64,000 nucleotides of DNA from Felis catus (taxonomy: Eukaryota). The stretch covers positions 184,142,001-184,206,000 of the forward strand of contig NC_058368.1 of NCBI RefSeq assembly GCF_018350175.1, given 5' to 3'. Positions 39,616 to 52,499 of the stretch are shown here, piece by piece (position 1 is the stretch's first letter; every line of letters starts with the position of its first letter). Under the pieces are notes generated by a model. The model made no database searches, was not told the DNA's origin, and saw only the letters and a list, made by a program, of their open reading frames with translations. A program made the position numbers and the translations under genes.

Positions 39616-39981
39616 GACATCTATGGAAAATGACAAAATTGTTATATGTTTGTTAATTACATTCATAATCATGTATAAAAATTCACATTTGTGAATTCAC
39701 AAATTAACAAGTTAACAAATTAATTCACAAATTAACATTTGTGAGTCAGTGTTACAAATTTGAATGCAATTCAGTTAGGTAAGACCTAGCAAAGGAAGTG
39801 CTTTAGAAATAGATATCTGTCCTGACAATTCCACCTCCAAGATCTCTCTGGTATCTGCTTTTCTCACCCATCTCCACATTCCCTAGTCAAAGCACCATCT
39901 CTCTTGTCAAAGCACCATCATTTCTGACCTGAAAAAATGCCTCAGACTCCTAACTATTCTCCTTATGCTTCCCTGGCACAT

Positions 39982-40430
39982 TATACTAGATATTTGCCAT
40001 TTGCACCTCTATATCTATTCTCTACCCTCTTCATTTGCGATGGGCCTCTCGAGGTTAATCTCCTTGGATAGCATTCACAGCCCCTGGCTTTCATTAGATT
40101 TGGCCAATGGGAAGTCACCTGCAGGAGATGTGAGTATGGAGTCACCCATTCCCTCCTTAATGGCTCATAGTCTGACAATAATGAGTTTTCTTTCTGAGAG
40201 TCACAGCTAGTATTACCAGGAGCATTCTTCTGTAGCTATAATTTTTCCTAGGTTCCTATAACCTCTCTCCTTGTCCCCTTCAGGTTTGCTAGCCCAGGAT
40301 GTTACAACAACCCTTGTTGGTTTCCTTTAACCCTGACCACACCTTTGCAAAGCACTGCATTAATCACTCTTCAATTATCTCTCTTTGAGTGTATCATCTA
40401 TTTCCCAGTACACACTGTCTGACTAATATA
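39982..40430 (+). mobile_element. ERVL solo LTR (LTR33-like) within an L2-like relic
   Basis: CCATTTGCACCTCTATATCTATTCTCTACCCT, TTTGGCCAATGGGAAG, CCCTGACCACACCTTTGCAAA and TTTGAGTGTATCATCTATTTCC occur in LTR33 order. Confidence 0.7.
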
Positions 40431-41389
40431 TATTCCACCATCTACCACCAGTTCAATTACATCTGTTTTTCACAATACATCATTTAGAATGTGAACTGTG
40501 CCCTGCAACTTTCTTCTGCTGAACTTGGTTAACATAATTCTACCCCTCTGAACTCTGTGTTCCATTATTCTGGCCTTTCTTTCAGCTCTTCCTATGTATG
40601 AAGATGCTCTAGGTTGTCTGCAGATACTCTGTCCTCTGCCAGGAACATGAACCTTCCCTATCCATACTAGGGACTCAGTAAATATTTGTAAAATTACTTC
40701 ATGAACACTTTATAACTGGTATGCTCATATTCTATTTTTTTATTGCTAGATTATCTGGGAATCATTAATGAGCTGGTCTTTAAAATCTCTTTTCAGTATA
40801 TTTATTACAATCTCTTTTCAGCATTTTTATCTATTCTATACTAATAATATTTGCCTTATAATAATAAAACTAGATCATTATTTCTATAAAAATGATTCAA
40901 CTTATTAGTAAATAGTATACATGTTTATTTGCCATATAGCAAAATAGTTTTAGTATGATTTAGATATTCATTGTCTGGTTTACACAGTGTACTTAGTGAC
41001 ATTTTCCAATGGGTTTTTGTGTTGTTGTGGCTTCTTTCAAAAAATATTAGCTCAGTAGGCCCTTGGGTTATGATTGTTTTAGTAACTTTCTCTTCAAACA
41101 ATATGGTAAGAGACATTTCTTGTCTCCTATTTCTGTCATTTTTTTTTGTCATTCCCTTGTTTCGATTTTTATATTTTGAAACTTTCCACATGTTGACCAA
41201 AATCCTAACATTTTCAGTCAATGATAAAACTTAGTTGCCATCATTGTTTTATTGTTTGGTTGTGACACTTAAAAAGTAAAATTATAAACTTTTGAAAAAA
41301 AAATTTTTGTTTTCCTAGAATATTTATCATTGATTTTATTGGGATATGCAATTATTTTTAACATGCTACTGTTTAAACATAAGCTTTTG

Positions 41390-41607
41390 GGAGGCGCCTG
41401 GGAGGCTCAGTCATATAAACCTTTGACTTCAGTTCAGGTCATGCTGTCATGGTTCGTGAGTTCGAGACCTGCACTAGGCTCTCTGCTGTCAGTTCAGAGC
41501 CTGCTTTGGATCCTCTGTGCCCTCTGTCTCTGCCCCTCTCCCACTTGTGCTCTCTATCTCTCTCCAAAACTAATACATAAATAAACTTTAAAATAAAAAT
41601 AAAAATA
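41390..41607 (+). mobile_element. Can-SINE (first of tandem triplet)
   Basis: GGAGGCGCCTGGGAGGCTCAGTC head, CT tract and A-rich tail. Confidence 0.93.
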
Positions 41608-41824
41608 GGGGTGCCTGGGTGGCTCAGTCGGTTGAGCATCCAACTTTGGCTCAGGTCATGATCTCACAGCTCTTGGGTTCAAGCCCTGAGTCAGGCTCTT
41701 TGCTGACAGCTCAGAGCCTGGAGCCTGCATCGGATTCTGTGTCTCCCTCTCTCTTTGCCCCTAACCCACTCGAATTCTGTCTCTGTCTCTCTCAAAAATA
41801 AATAAACATTAAAAATGTTTTTAA

Positions 41825-41871
<47 letters not shown>

Positions 41872-41875
41872 ATAC
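41608..41875 (+). mobile_element. Can-SINE (second of triplet) with (TAAA)n tail
   Basis: GGGGTGCCTGGGTGGCTCAG head directly after the first SINE's tail. Confidence 0.95.
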
Positions 41876-41887
41876 AAATAAACTTTC

Positions 41888-42072
41888 AGGGCACCTGGGT
41901 GGCTCAGTTGGTTAAGGCTTTGACTCTTGCTTTTGGCTCAGGTCATGGTCATGCAGTTCATAGATTCAGTGCTATGTCAGACTATGCTGACAACATGGGG
42001 CCTGCTTTGGATTCTCTCTCTTCCTGTCTCTCTGCCCCTCCCTGTCTCTCTCAAAATAAATATTAAAACAAT
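41888..42072 (+). mobile_element. Can-SINE (third of triplet)
   Basis: AGGGCACCTGGGTGGCTCAG head. TSD AATAAACTTTC at 41877-41887 / 42073-42083. Confidence 0.93.
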
Positions 42073-43070
42073 AATAAACTTTCTATTTTTTGTTGAAGTA
42101 TAAGATACATTTATCATTAAAAACATTTAAAAACACAGAAAGTCGGAAAAAAAAATCACCCATCTTCCAGCAAATTCTTAACACTTCAGTGCCATATCCT
42201 ACCAGTTCAATTATTTTGCTGTGCATATTTTATGTATATAAGATAACAAAATAGGTGCAAAATTGTATTTCTAATTTTTAAATTGATTTTTTACGCTTGC
42301 AAAAATAATGTATGCCCTTGGCTATATGAATAGCATCTAATCTCCACATAAGATAATTTTAATTTTGAAGGGTCAATTTTAGCAGTTAAATAATCTCATT
42401 CAGAATGTTCTCATTCACTAATTTGGAATCTTGGAGATTTTATCATACAGGAGCTGACACTTATCTTTATGCTATATTTAAACAATGGGTATTCCAAGCA
42501 AATTAATAGTACGAATATGAAGGATCATATTTGACTTAAAAGGAAAATATCATTTTGGAAAAGATAGAAAATTAAGGCTGCATATTTAAAACTTTATCTT
42601 GTAAATTCTTCTTTATATAAATTTCAATAAATAATTTAGTTAGAGTCAGCAAAATTTATGGGACAATTTTTATGTAAAAAATATAAAGTGCCTGTCCTTG
42701 GGGAGGATGCAGAAGACTAGAGAAGCTTAAGGAAACATGTAATTTAACCCCAAAGGAGCATCCTACACCAAATGAGAAAGAGAAAGAAAGAAGGAAGACA
42801 TTTGAAAGTCAAATGGGTTTGGGTTTTACTCACAGTTCTGCCACATTAAGATATGGTTCTTAATCCTTCAGCGCTTCGGTTTCCACCTCTGTAATATGGG
42901 AAATAAAATGAAATATATATCTCAGAGCACTGTTAATCTAAGTAACATATCCAGCACTGTGTCTGTCATATTAGAAATCTTCAGTAAATAGTAACTATTA
43001 TTCATTTTATTTAGAGACCTAGTACCATAAAAAAAAAATTAGAAAGACTATTTAAGAGGCCATTAATATG

Positions 43071-43286
43071 CGGGTGCCTTGGTGGCTCCGTGAATTAAGC
43101 GTGACGTCTGCTCAGGTTATGACCTCATGGTTCATGAGTTCAAGCCCCACATCGGGCTCTGTGCTGACAGTTCGGAACCTGGAGCCTGCTTCGGATTCTG
43201 TGTCTCCATTTCTGTCTGCCCCTCCCCGGTTTGCACTCTGTCTCTGTCTCTCTCTCAAAAATAAATAAAATTTATTTTTTTTTAAA
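43071..43286 (+). mobile_element. Can-SINE
   Basis: TSD AAGAGGCCATTAATATG (43054-43070) / AAGAGCCCATTATTATG (43287-43303). Confidence 0.95.
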
Positions 43287-44034
43287 AAGAGCCCATTATT
43301 ATGATAATTCTAGTAAACATTAATGAGAGTCTAGATTAGCACAGTGGTAGGCAATACAGAATGGAAGAGTATGTATTGAAAAGAATGTCACAAAAGTATA
43401 TACAGGGATTATATATAGTTATGTAGAAACTGAAAGTTTCTGATTGATGGTTGAAGAAAAAAGTTTACATAGTTACATACAGTTATGTAGAAAATTAAAG
43501 TGCAAAAAAAAATCCAAGATGACTTGACATTTTGAGCACTGTGAATGAGAGAATACAAAACTTGGGACCCACTCAAGCAAAATGAATCAAAGTCTACACG
43601 TTTAGAGTATCATCATTTTTTAAAAGAATTCCAGATTATTCTAATGCATCACTAGAATTGAGAACCATGTTTGAGATTTTTTTTTATAGGCACAGATGGG
43701 TATATACATAAGTACTTTAAAATTAACTGAAATTCAATTTTATTGTAACAGTTTTAAATTTATAAAAATTCATTACACATAAAACGGGATATAAGAGCTG
43801 TAAAACGAGTTGCTAACCTTCTCCTTTCTTAAAGATTATATACTGGTGGAAACCTTGATTAGGAAAAAGTGCCAATGAGCATTTTTGTTGACAAAGAGAA
43901 GGCATGACACCAAAAGAAAGCATTAGACATAAGGCACATTGCTTTGCACAAAGATATGATAACTTGTGATCAATGGGAGACAATTCTTGTGAACAGAAGG
44001 GCCTGAAGACTAGAAATAGTGGGAGGATGTCCAG

Positions 44035-44860
44035 TGAGAAACACAACATTTTCAAATGTTGAAGGAAAATAACTCTCAAGCACAAATTTTATATCCTGTG
44101 AAAAATATCCTTCAGGAATGAAGGGGAACTGAAGACATTCCCCAATGGAGGAAAACTAAGGTAATTTGTAGCTAGCAAATCTACCCTTAAAATGGTTGAA
44201 TAAGTTCTTGTAAGCAGGAGGAAATGAGAACAAAAGAAGTCTTAGAACTTCAGAAAGAAAAGAAGAGCACTGGCCTGAGGGGGAAAAAAAGTATGTATAA
44301 GAAATTAACCTGCTTCTTATGAGTTCATCAAAACAAATTTGATTGTTGAAGAAAAAATTATGACATCTTATGTGGTGCTCAGTGTACGTAGAGGTAATAC
44401 TTTAAAAAATGGCAATTAAAAGTTGAGCAGATTAAAGAACATAAATGTAATGAGGTTTTTATACCTCACTCAAAGTTGTAAAATGTCAATACTGATAGAT
44501 CATGATGAGTTATGTATGTATATTGTAATACCTAGAGTACTCTCTAAGAAAATTCTATAAAATGATATACTCAAAAACATTACTGATAAATCAAGATGAG
44601 TCCTAAATAATAAAGAAATAACCCACAGTACAGTGACATAGGAGAAACAGAGGAAATAAGCAAAAACAAATAATATGAAGGCAGACTTGAACCATAACAT
44701 TTCCAATAAATGTCTTAAATGTAAATTGTCTAAATATGCCAGTTAAAAGATAGAAATTGCTAGAAATGTATAGAAAATATGATCTAACAATATGCTATAT
44801 ACAAGAAATTCACTTCAGATACAGTGACAAAGGTAAGTTGGATGTAAAATGATGAAAAAA
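44035..44860 (+). mobile_element. Old L1 fragment: ORF1 3' part to ORF2 start
   Basis: AATTTTATATCCTGTGAAAAATATCCTTCAGGAATGAAGGG (ORF1 end) and TTAAATGTAAATTGTCTAAAT...ATATGCTATATACAAGAAATTCAC (EN start). Confidence 0.75.
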
Positions 44861-46390
44861 GGGTTTTCTACATATGTTCATATAGTTTTTGACATTTTAA
44901 GCACATGAACATACTAACAATTCAAAAAGCAAAGTAATAAATTTTAAAAAGCTGTGATGTAGACAGATTCAGAAACAAAGTTGAGATCAACTTCCTGCTT
45001 TTCATAATATTTGTGTAGGGAACGATAGCCTTTGGAAAGACATGTAGCGGAGTTTGGGATTTCCCACAGTATATCACATGGATACTGGGGACTTTGTGAT
45101 TCATTTTTAGAAGAAAACAATACTACAGAAAGGTGAAAAGGTTTGGGTGATTTGCATTACAGATATGTTGCAAAATCTCTGCAAATCAGCATCTATACAC
45201 ACATAAATGTATTTCTATATGCACTTCTATGTGTCTGTATATATTATCAATATATTTACATACATTTTCATAAAAATTTGTTATTGCTTATATAGCATGG
45301 GTTACTATAGTTAATCACTTCTTATTTGTTGAAAAATTATATTGTTTCTACCTTTCTGTTTTTGTTAAGATTGATTGTATTCTAAGGAACACCTTTGTTT
45401 GCCTATACCTTATTCTTTAGAGTAAATTCTAGAAATGGTCATCCAGATCACAAATCATCCAGATGCTTGCCTTTTGGTACTTGTTGCTAAATAATGCTCC
45501 AGAAAGCTTATAATATGTATAGCATTGTTTTTAGGGTTTTATCTTATAACTCAAATAAATATAATATCAGAGGAGGGAGCCTATTTTTCAAGAATACTGC
45601 AGTACACTTCCATCATCACTATCAATGTCAAATTACCAAAGCAGTTGATCCGAAAGTCTATATGCTACAGTTTCTATTCTGTTCTACATTTGAGGCATGA
45701 GTATGCTCGTCATTCATGGAATGCTAAATAGCTAATGCATTCTTAATTCTCTTTGCAACCAAAGTACTGGTATATTTGTTACAGATATTCATGCCCAAGG
45801 GAATGATGCTGTTTCTTGGGTGAGCCTTTGATTTTTAAATAGAGGAAATGTGTCAGAAAACATTTGGCAAAGAAAAGAGAAAATATAATGTGATAGTTGC
45901 TAGTTTCTGAAAAATGCATAAATAGACTTTAGAATCAGGTAAATAATTCCCTCCTGGAAATTGTATGTATTGACAGCTTGAAAATAATTTATGGAGAGAG
46001 ATAATGAGAAGGAAATAATTCAAGTATATTATTAATTATTATACATATATGAATTGTATACATATATTATACACATACGAATTGCATACATATATACACA
46101 TATATATATGCATATACATATATATATCCCTCATCAAGATCTCAGTGGTTTCCCATAAAGTATTGCTTTGAACTTGCTGTAAAATTAGGTTCCAAAAGAC
46201 AGAATGACCCAGAGCACATGATCTTTGTTTATGCGTTATGATCAAGTGGTACAAGTATTATAAGGTGGTCTCTGACCTTGGAACAATGGCTACCAAGGGA
46301 ATTTTTAAGATGACTTATCCCTATATTATGCTTTTTTCAGGAATGGAAGACTGACAACTATAAGTACATAATTCCTATACAGCTTCTTTA

Positions 46391-46601
46391 TTTCTTTTTA
46401 ATTTTTTTAATGTTTATTTTTGAGAGAGAGAGAGCATGAGCAGGGGAGGGGCAGAGAGAAAGGGAGATACAGAATGTGAAGCAGGCTCCAGGCTCTGAGC
46501 TGTCAGCACAAAGCCCAACGCGGGGCTCAAATTCACAAACCGTGAGATCATGACCTGAGCCGAAGTAGGATGCTTAACCCACTGAACCACCCAAGCACCC
46601 T
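46391..46601 (-). mobile_element. Can-SINE
   Basis: TSD CTATACAGCTTCTTTA (46375-46390) / CTATGCAGCCTCTTTA (46602-46617). Confidence 0.96.
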
Positions 46602-48983
46602 CTATGCAGCCTCTTTAAAATGCAATTTCCATTGCATCATGTTGTTTGAGAATTGTAGTTAAAATAAATAAAGTCATAATATGTTAGCTTACACATACAT
46701 ACATTTATATGTGTATATATATAAATATACATATATAATATGTACACATATATATATGTATGTACCTTATATTGATATTTACTATATACAAGCAACTATA
46801 TACATATATATGTTATATATGATGTGTTAATGTTGATATCTTACAAGGTAGCTGCAGTGTTGCAGTTGTAACAGTTAATGTTTATTGAGGGTCTTAGCAA
46901 CTCATGAAATTTATGTGCATTAATCCACATTAGTTGATAATATTATTATTATTTCCAGGTTAAAGATCAAGATACTGTTTATAAGTTGGCCAAGATCATA
47001 TAGACAGGAAGAGGGAGGGCTGTAATTTTAACTGTATCAGTGATTTCAGATCTCATCTTCAGATCTTAAATATAGTGCTTCAATTTAACTCTCCTAAACT
47101 AAATTTCTATCTAGGTAAATGGAATGACCTTCTTTAATTTCTGAGCCCAGTTCAAATCCATTTCATTCGTTCCCAAGGCATTTATTACCTACTGTCTGAA
47201 GCTTTCATATGCCCTACCTCTACCTTATTTCTTAGGATTATGCTTTTCAAAAGGAATCATGTGATGCCCATGCTTCAAGATCTTTCATGGAGCCATCTTA
47301 TTGTTAAGTAACTCTTTCTTTTAAAATGTGCCTTACTAAAGGACTCACATCATTTCTGTTATGAAAACAGAATACCTATGAAATATGCTCAATGTCTAGC
47401 AGAAGCTATGTGAATCATACAGAATTTGAGTATATGTTTACTTTAGGGTCATCATAAGTGAATGATTCCAAACTAAAACTCATAAATTCTAACTCTAAAC
47501 CCAGTACACTGTTGATACCAGAAATACATATTAAAATATATTATTTTAATAAGTATTTATTAAGCATTGACTTTATACCAAGCAGTATTATAAGCACTGG
47601 AGATTCAGAAGTGAATGAGATTGTGGGATTTCTGTTTATATATAATATATAGCTGTATTATCATCCATGAAGAAAAGATAAGTTATTATTATAAAATATT
47701 GATATTCAAAGGTAGTATTTTTTCTGGTTGATAATCAATTCTATCCATTTAAAAATCAGGCATATAAGTATACTAGTGATGAAATAACTTGATATATTTA
47801 TCTATGAATTATACAGGTCATTTAGAACTATATCAACTAAATATTGGAGGAAGAAATTATGGGAAAAATGGATTCCTGGTTCATAATAACTTGTTATTTT
47901 TCAAAAATATATTTTTCAGAACTGTTACTAATGAATAATATTTAGGCAAATTTTAAAGGTAAAAACCTTTCAAACTTACTGATATACGCTTGCCCCATTT
48001 CAAGTTAATTTTACAGTAGTTAATGTATATTTTAATTAATAGAATTTATGGATAACTTTCTTATAAATCCTAAACCAGGCCAAATTTGCTGTCCTATTTT
48101 ATATAAGTCTGGCAGGGAGTGGCTTCTTTCTTTGATAAACGGTCCTTTTTATATTTGAGGAACTGTGATTCATTGTCCTATGTAATTAGGAGTAACCTGA
48201 ATATTCTCTGTTCTTTTAAAAGGTAGCAGTACAAGGAGTGAACTGTTAGTATAGTCACATATCCCTGTTTGACCCCCTCATTAGCTGTAAAACAGCCTAC
48301 TTCTGATAAAATAATGAGTACACAACAGAATGCTTTTTCTCTGGATTTCTAAATTATGTAAAGTCTTCCCTGTATTTCCTATAAAAAATAATGTCAAAGA
48401 TCATGCTTTCTATGGAAAAAGAGTATCTTTCAGAAGGAGGGAAAGAACAATGTGATGCTACATTATATTCTTTTTTGTTATCAAAAATTAGAAAGTTGGA
48501 CATGGGGTTAAAATAATCCTCCCGTACTGCCGGGATTATAATATTATGACACTATTCTGAGGAGCAATATGGCACTGATTTTGTTAAATTAAGTAATCTT
48601 ATATATGCCATATGAGTCATAAACCCCACTCCTGTGTTCCAAAGAAGTTCACCCATGTGTCTGTAAGCAAAAATGAATGATGTTATTATTCACAGTGATG
48701 TTTGTGGTTATAAGAAGTTGGAGAAAAGCTGGATATTCGTTTTATAAGAATGGATAAAAAAGTGTGAGGCCATGTAGAGACACTGTATAGCACTAGGAAA
48801 AAACAAAACACAAAAAGATGTCTACATAGTCACACTGATATATCCTAGAAATATAATGCTGAATAAAATAAACAAGAAGCAGGAGATGCATAATTTGCCA
48901 TTTACACAAAATAAAAAGGATGCTTATTCAACACATTGTGAAGGAAGGGTGATGAACTTGGGTGATGGAGACCGAGAAGAAGA

Positions 48984-49054
48984 AAGGGAAGGAGGGAGGG
49001 ACGGAGGGAGTGAGGAAGGAAGGAAGGAAGGAAGGAAGGAAGGAAGGAAGGAAG
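48984..49054. repeat. (GGGA)/(GGAA)n purine microsatellite
   Basis: Direct read. Confidence 0.93.
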
Positions 49055-49392
49055 CCTTCCAACTTAGAGATAAGTGGAAAGCAAGCTTTGATGCTTAATT
49101 TGTATGTTTTGTCTTTTGATTTCATGTCTATGTTGTGAATCTCTCCACAATTTTAACATGGAAGGCAAGAATTGCTACATAAACTGAATGTTTCCCCAGA
49201 TCATTTAAACAGTATTTACTTTTTCAGTCTCTGAGTCAGTAAAGTGTACTATTTAACCTACAGTGATGAGTACAAAGAAAATGTGTGATAGTTCTTTCTC
49301 CAAAGGAGGAATTGCCAGGATGGAGAAATAGAGAAAAGTTAAACATTCAAACTCGGTGACAGAATAGATAAAAATACATACTGAATATTCTA

Positions 49393-49605
49393 GGGGTGCT
49401 TGGGTGGCTCATTTGGTTAAGCATCTGACATGGGCTCATGTCATGATCTCACGGTTCATGAGTTCGAGTCCTGAGTCGGGCTTTGTGCTGACAGCTTGGA
49501 GCCTGGAGCCTGATTCAGATTCTGTGTCTCCCTCTCTCTCTGCCCCTACCCCGTTCACTGTCTCTCTCGCTGTCTCAAAAATAAATGAAACATTAATTTT
49601 TTTTA
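49393..49605 (+). mobile_element. Can-SINE
   Basis: GGGGTGCTTGGGTGGCTC head, body, CT tract and tail. Confidence 0.95.
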
Positions 49606-49809
49606 AATATATATACTTACTATTTTAAATTTTGTCTATGAAATCATGAGAAAAAGGACAGAGCCACTTACCTCAGAATAGGTCAAGAGGTAAACTGGGG
49701 TTATTATGGCTGCTTTTAAATCCTGGCTCTACCACTTACAAGAAAGGTGCCTTTGAGCAAATACTAAGTGTTTATGAGCCTCTTTTGTTTCCTTGATTTT
49801 TCTGTAATT

Positions 49810-50024
49810 AAAAAAAATTTTTAATGTTTGTTTATTTTTTGAGAGACAGAGAGAGACCCTATGAACGGGGGAGGGGCAGAGAGAGGGAGACACAGAATGT
49901 GAAGCAGGCTCCAGGCTCTGAGCTGTCAGCACAGAGTCTGACGCTGGGTTCAAATCCATGAACCATGAGATCACGACCTGAGCTGAAGTCAGACACTTCA
50001 CTGACTGAGCCACCCAGGAGCCTC
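49810..50024 (-). mobile_element. Can-SINE
   Basis: Antisense SINE; short TSD TCTGTA at 49801 / 50025. Confidence 0.95.
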
Positions 50025-50039
50025 TCTGTATTTTTTTTT

Positions 50040-50580
50040 AAACCACTTTATTCAGGTATGATTGACATACGAAAAGCTGTACATATTTAATATATACTAC
50101 TTGATGATTTTGGAGATAAGTGGATATTCATGAAAGCATCATCAAAATCTATACCTTAAACATTTCCATTACCTTCAGAGCTTTCCTCCCACCGTCTTTA
50201 CTGTTACTATTTTTGTGCGTGTGATAGAAACATTTTACATATGATCAGTCCTCTTGATACATTTCTAAGTATACTATATAGTATATTATTAACTATAGGT
50301 ACTATGTTGTAGAGTACATATCTAGGACTTATTTATCTTGTATAACTGCTTAATTTGTACCTGCTGACTAACACAGGTTCCTTTCCTTCTCTCTTGATGC
50401 TCTGGTATCCACCATTCTACTCTTTGCTTCTAGAAGTTTGACTATTTTATATTCCTCACATAAGCCATATCATGTAGTATTTGTCCTTCTGTGTCTGGCT
50501 TATTTCACTTAGCACAATCTTCTCCAATTTATCACAAATGGCAGGATTTACTTCCTTTTTAAGGCTTGCAATATTCCACA
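50040..50580 (-). mobile_element. L1MA9/10-like 3' end
   Basis: CTTTATTCAGGTATGATTGACATAC...ACCATTCTACTCTTTGCTTC...GTCTGGCTTATTTCACTTAGCA. Confidence 0.8.
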
Positions 50581-52499
50581 GTGGAATACAGTGGAAGCCC
50601 TTCTAGGGCTTCGTGATGATTCAGTGAGACAGCACAGTAAATGGTTACATATATTTGGAGCATAATCAAGGCATAATAAATATATTACTAATAAAAAAGT
50701 GAGAATGAGGATGACTTTTGAAAAATATGGGAGAGTTAGGATAGAATTAGGTAGGGCATTCTAGATCGAGAGCCTCTTCAGGAGAAAGTGGTTCGGTATT
50801 TTTTTTCTTAAAAATTAAAAATATTTTCTAAACTTAGTATCTTAATAAAAATTTTCAAGATATACTCAGTATCATGGTCTGTAGGAATTTTTGTATTATT
50901 ATTGTTTTTTTATCTAATCTTCTGTACCTTCTATACTATCTGCTTTATGGAATACAGATTCTATGCTCAAGAATAGATATTCATAACATCATCGTGGATG
51001 ACAAATTTCAGCATTATAAAGTGTTGTTATTTGTATCAGTTAACACTTTTCTGCCCTTCATTCCAATTTTCTGATATTAATGTCATCCTTACTCTTTCTT
51101 TTTTGGTTGTATTTGACTTGAAGAGATTGTCCATTATTTTGTTTTCATCTAGTCTTAATTATGTTATTTAGATGTATCAATTGTATAGAAAGTAGTGTTT
51201 GGGTTTGCTTTCTGATCTGATCTGAAAATTCTCCATAAATTTCCTTCTAAAAAATTGAATATAGTCCATTATATTTTAAGATATGAAAGTTGTTTACTCT
51301 TCTGTCATATAAATTATGCCTTTTAAGGTCTCATGTTATGCCTGCTTTTTAATATTTTCATTCATAGTCCTGACATTTAGGAAGTGATAATTTTCTCTTG
51401 TTTTGTTATTGCCACTATAACTTTACATAAGCCCCTTAGTCTTCTACTTATCCCAAAAGTTTCTATTCCATTCTAAATGCAGTGATAAAGTTTGGAATAT
51501 TTCCAAATTTGGAATATTTGGAAAGTTTGGAATATTTCTCTTCTCCTCCCTCTCTTTTACCACCTGATATAATTTATCTCTTCTTGTGTTTACTTTTATG
51601 TTAAATAGACTTACTATCACATTTCTTGATTTATCAGCTTAAAATAATGAATTTAGCCTCCAGCTATTGAAGACTGGGTAATCAAAGAACTTAACAACCT
51701 TGCCTACTTTTTTCCCCTCCTACTCTTGTTTTTTGGCTTGTTTTATCATTTCTACAACTTTCAGAGCATGTAACACTGATGCACTGTACTTTCAACCCAA
51801 CATTTATACAAGCCTAGTTCACACCTAATTCAACTTTCATCTCCGGTCCTCTCATGGAAGTGGGCAGGGTTGTGACATCCCTTGAGTTTTTGTGTGTTCA
51901 GGAATGTTTGTTTGTTGAATTATATTTGAAGACAAATTTACCTGGTGATAAAATCCACAAGGAAAATAGTTTTCTTATTACACCACATTTTTAAATTGGG
52001 TATTTGAGGTAGGTCTTGATTAGTGCTCTGTAAGATTTCCCACAACTGGTTACACTTGCTGGTCTAAACATACCATCAGTTCCCTTCTTTGCACATATTT
52101 TCTTCCGGATCTCAGCTGCTGTTCACAATCACCCCCTTTTTAAGTAGGATTTTTGACGCAGAGAATTAATTAGTAAGCATGCTCAATGACTGGACTCACA
52201 AAAAGTATTTCATTAAATCTCACTGTATAAATTGAAACTCACCTCATCTGTAATTTATTACATTTTCCTATAGAGCTTTCAGAAAAATAAAATACCAGAT
52301 AATCATTTTCCAAGGAATGAAGACATTAAGAGTAAGCATTACTATGTGAAAATTTACTGAGGCTTGTTCAAAAGTCAATTGAAAATGTATGACACCATTT
52401 AGCATTCTTACATCTAATACAATATTTTATGTAATGCAAATATACTTGGAGAATTCTGCTTATGGGCATGTTGAAGTAATTAAAACTTGCTGTTCCTTT

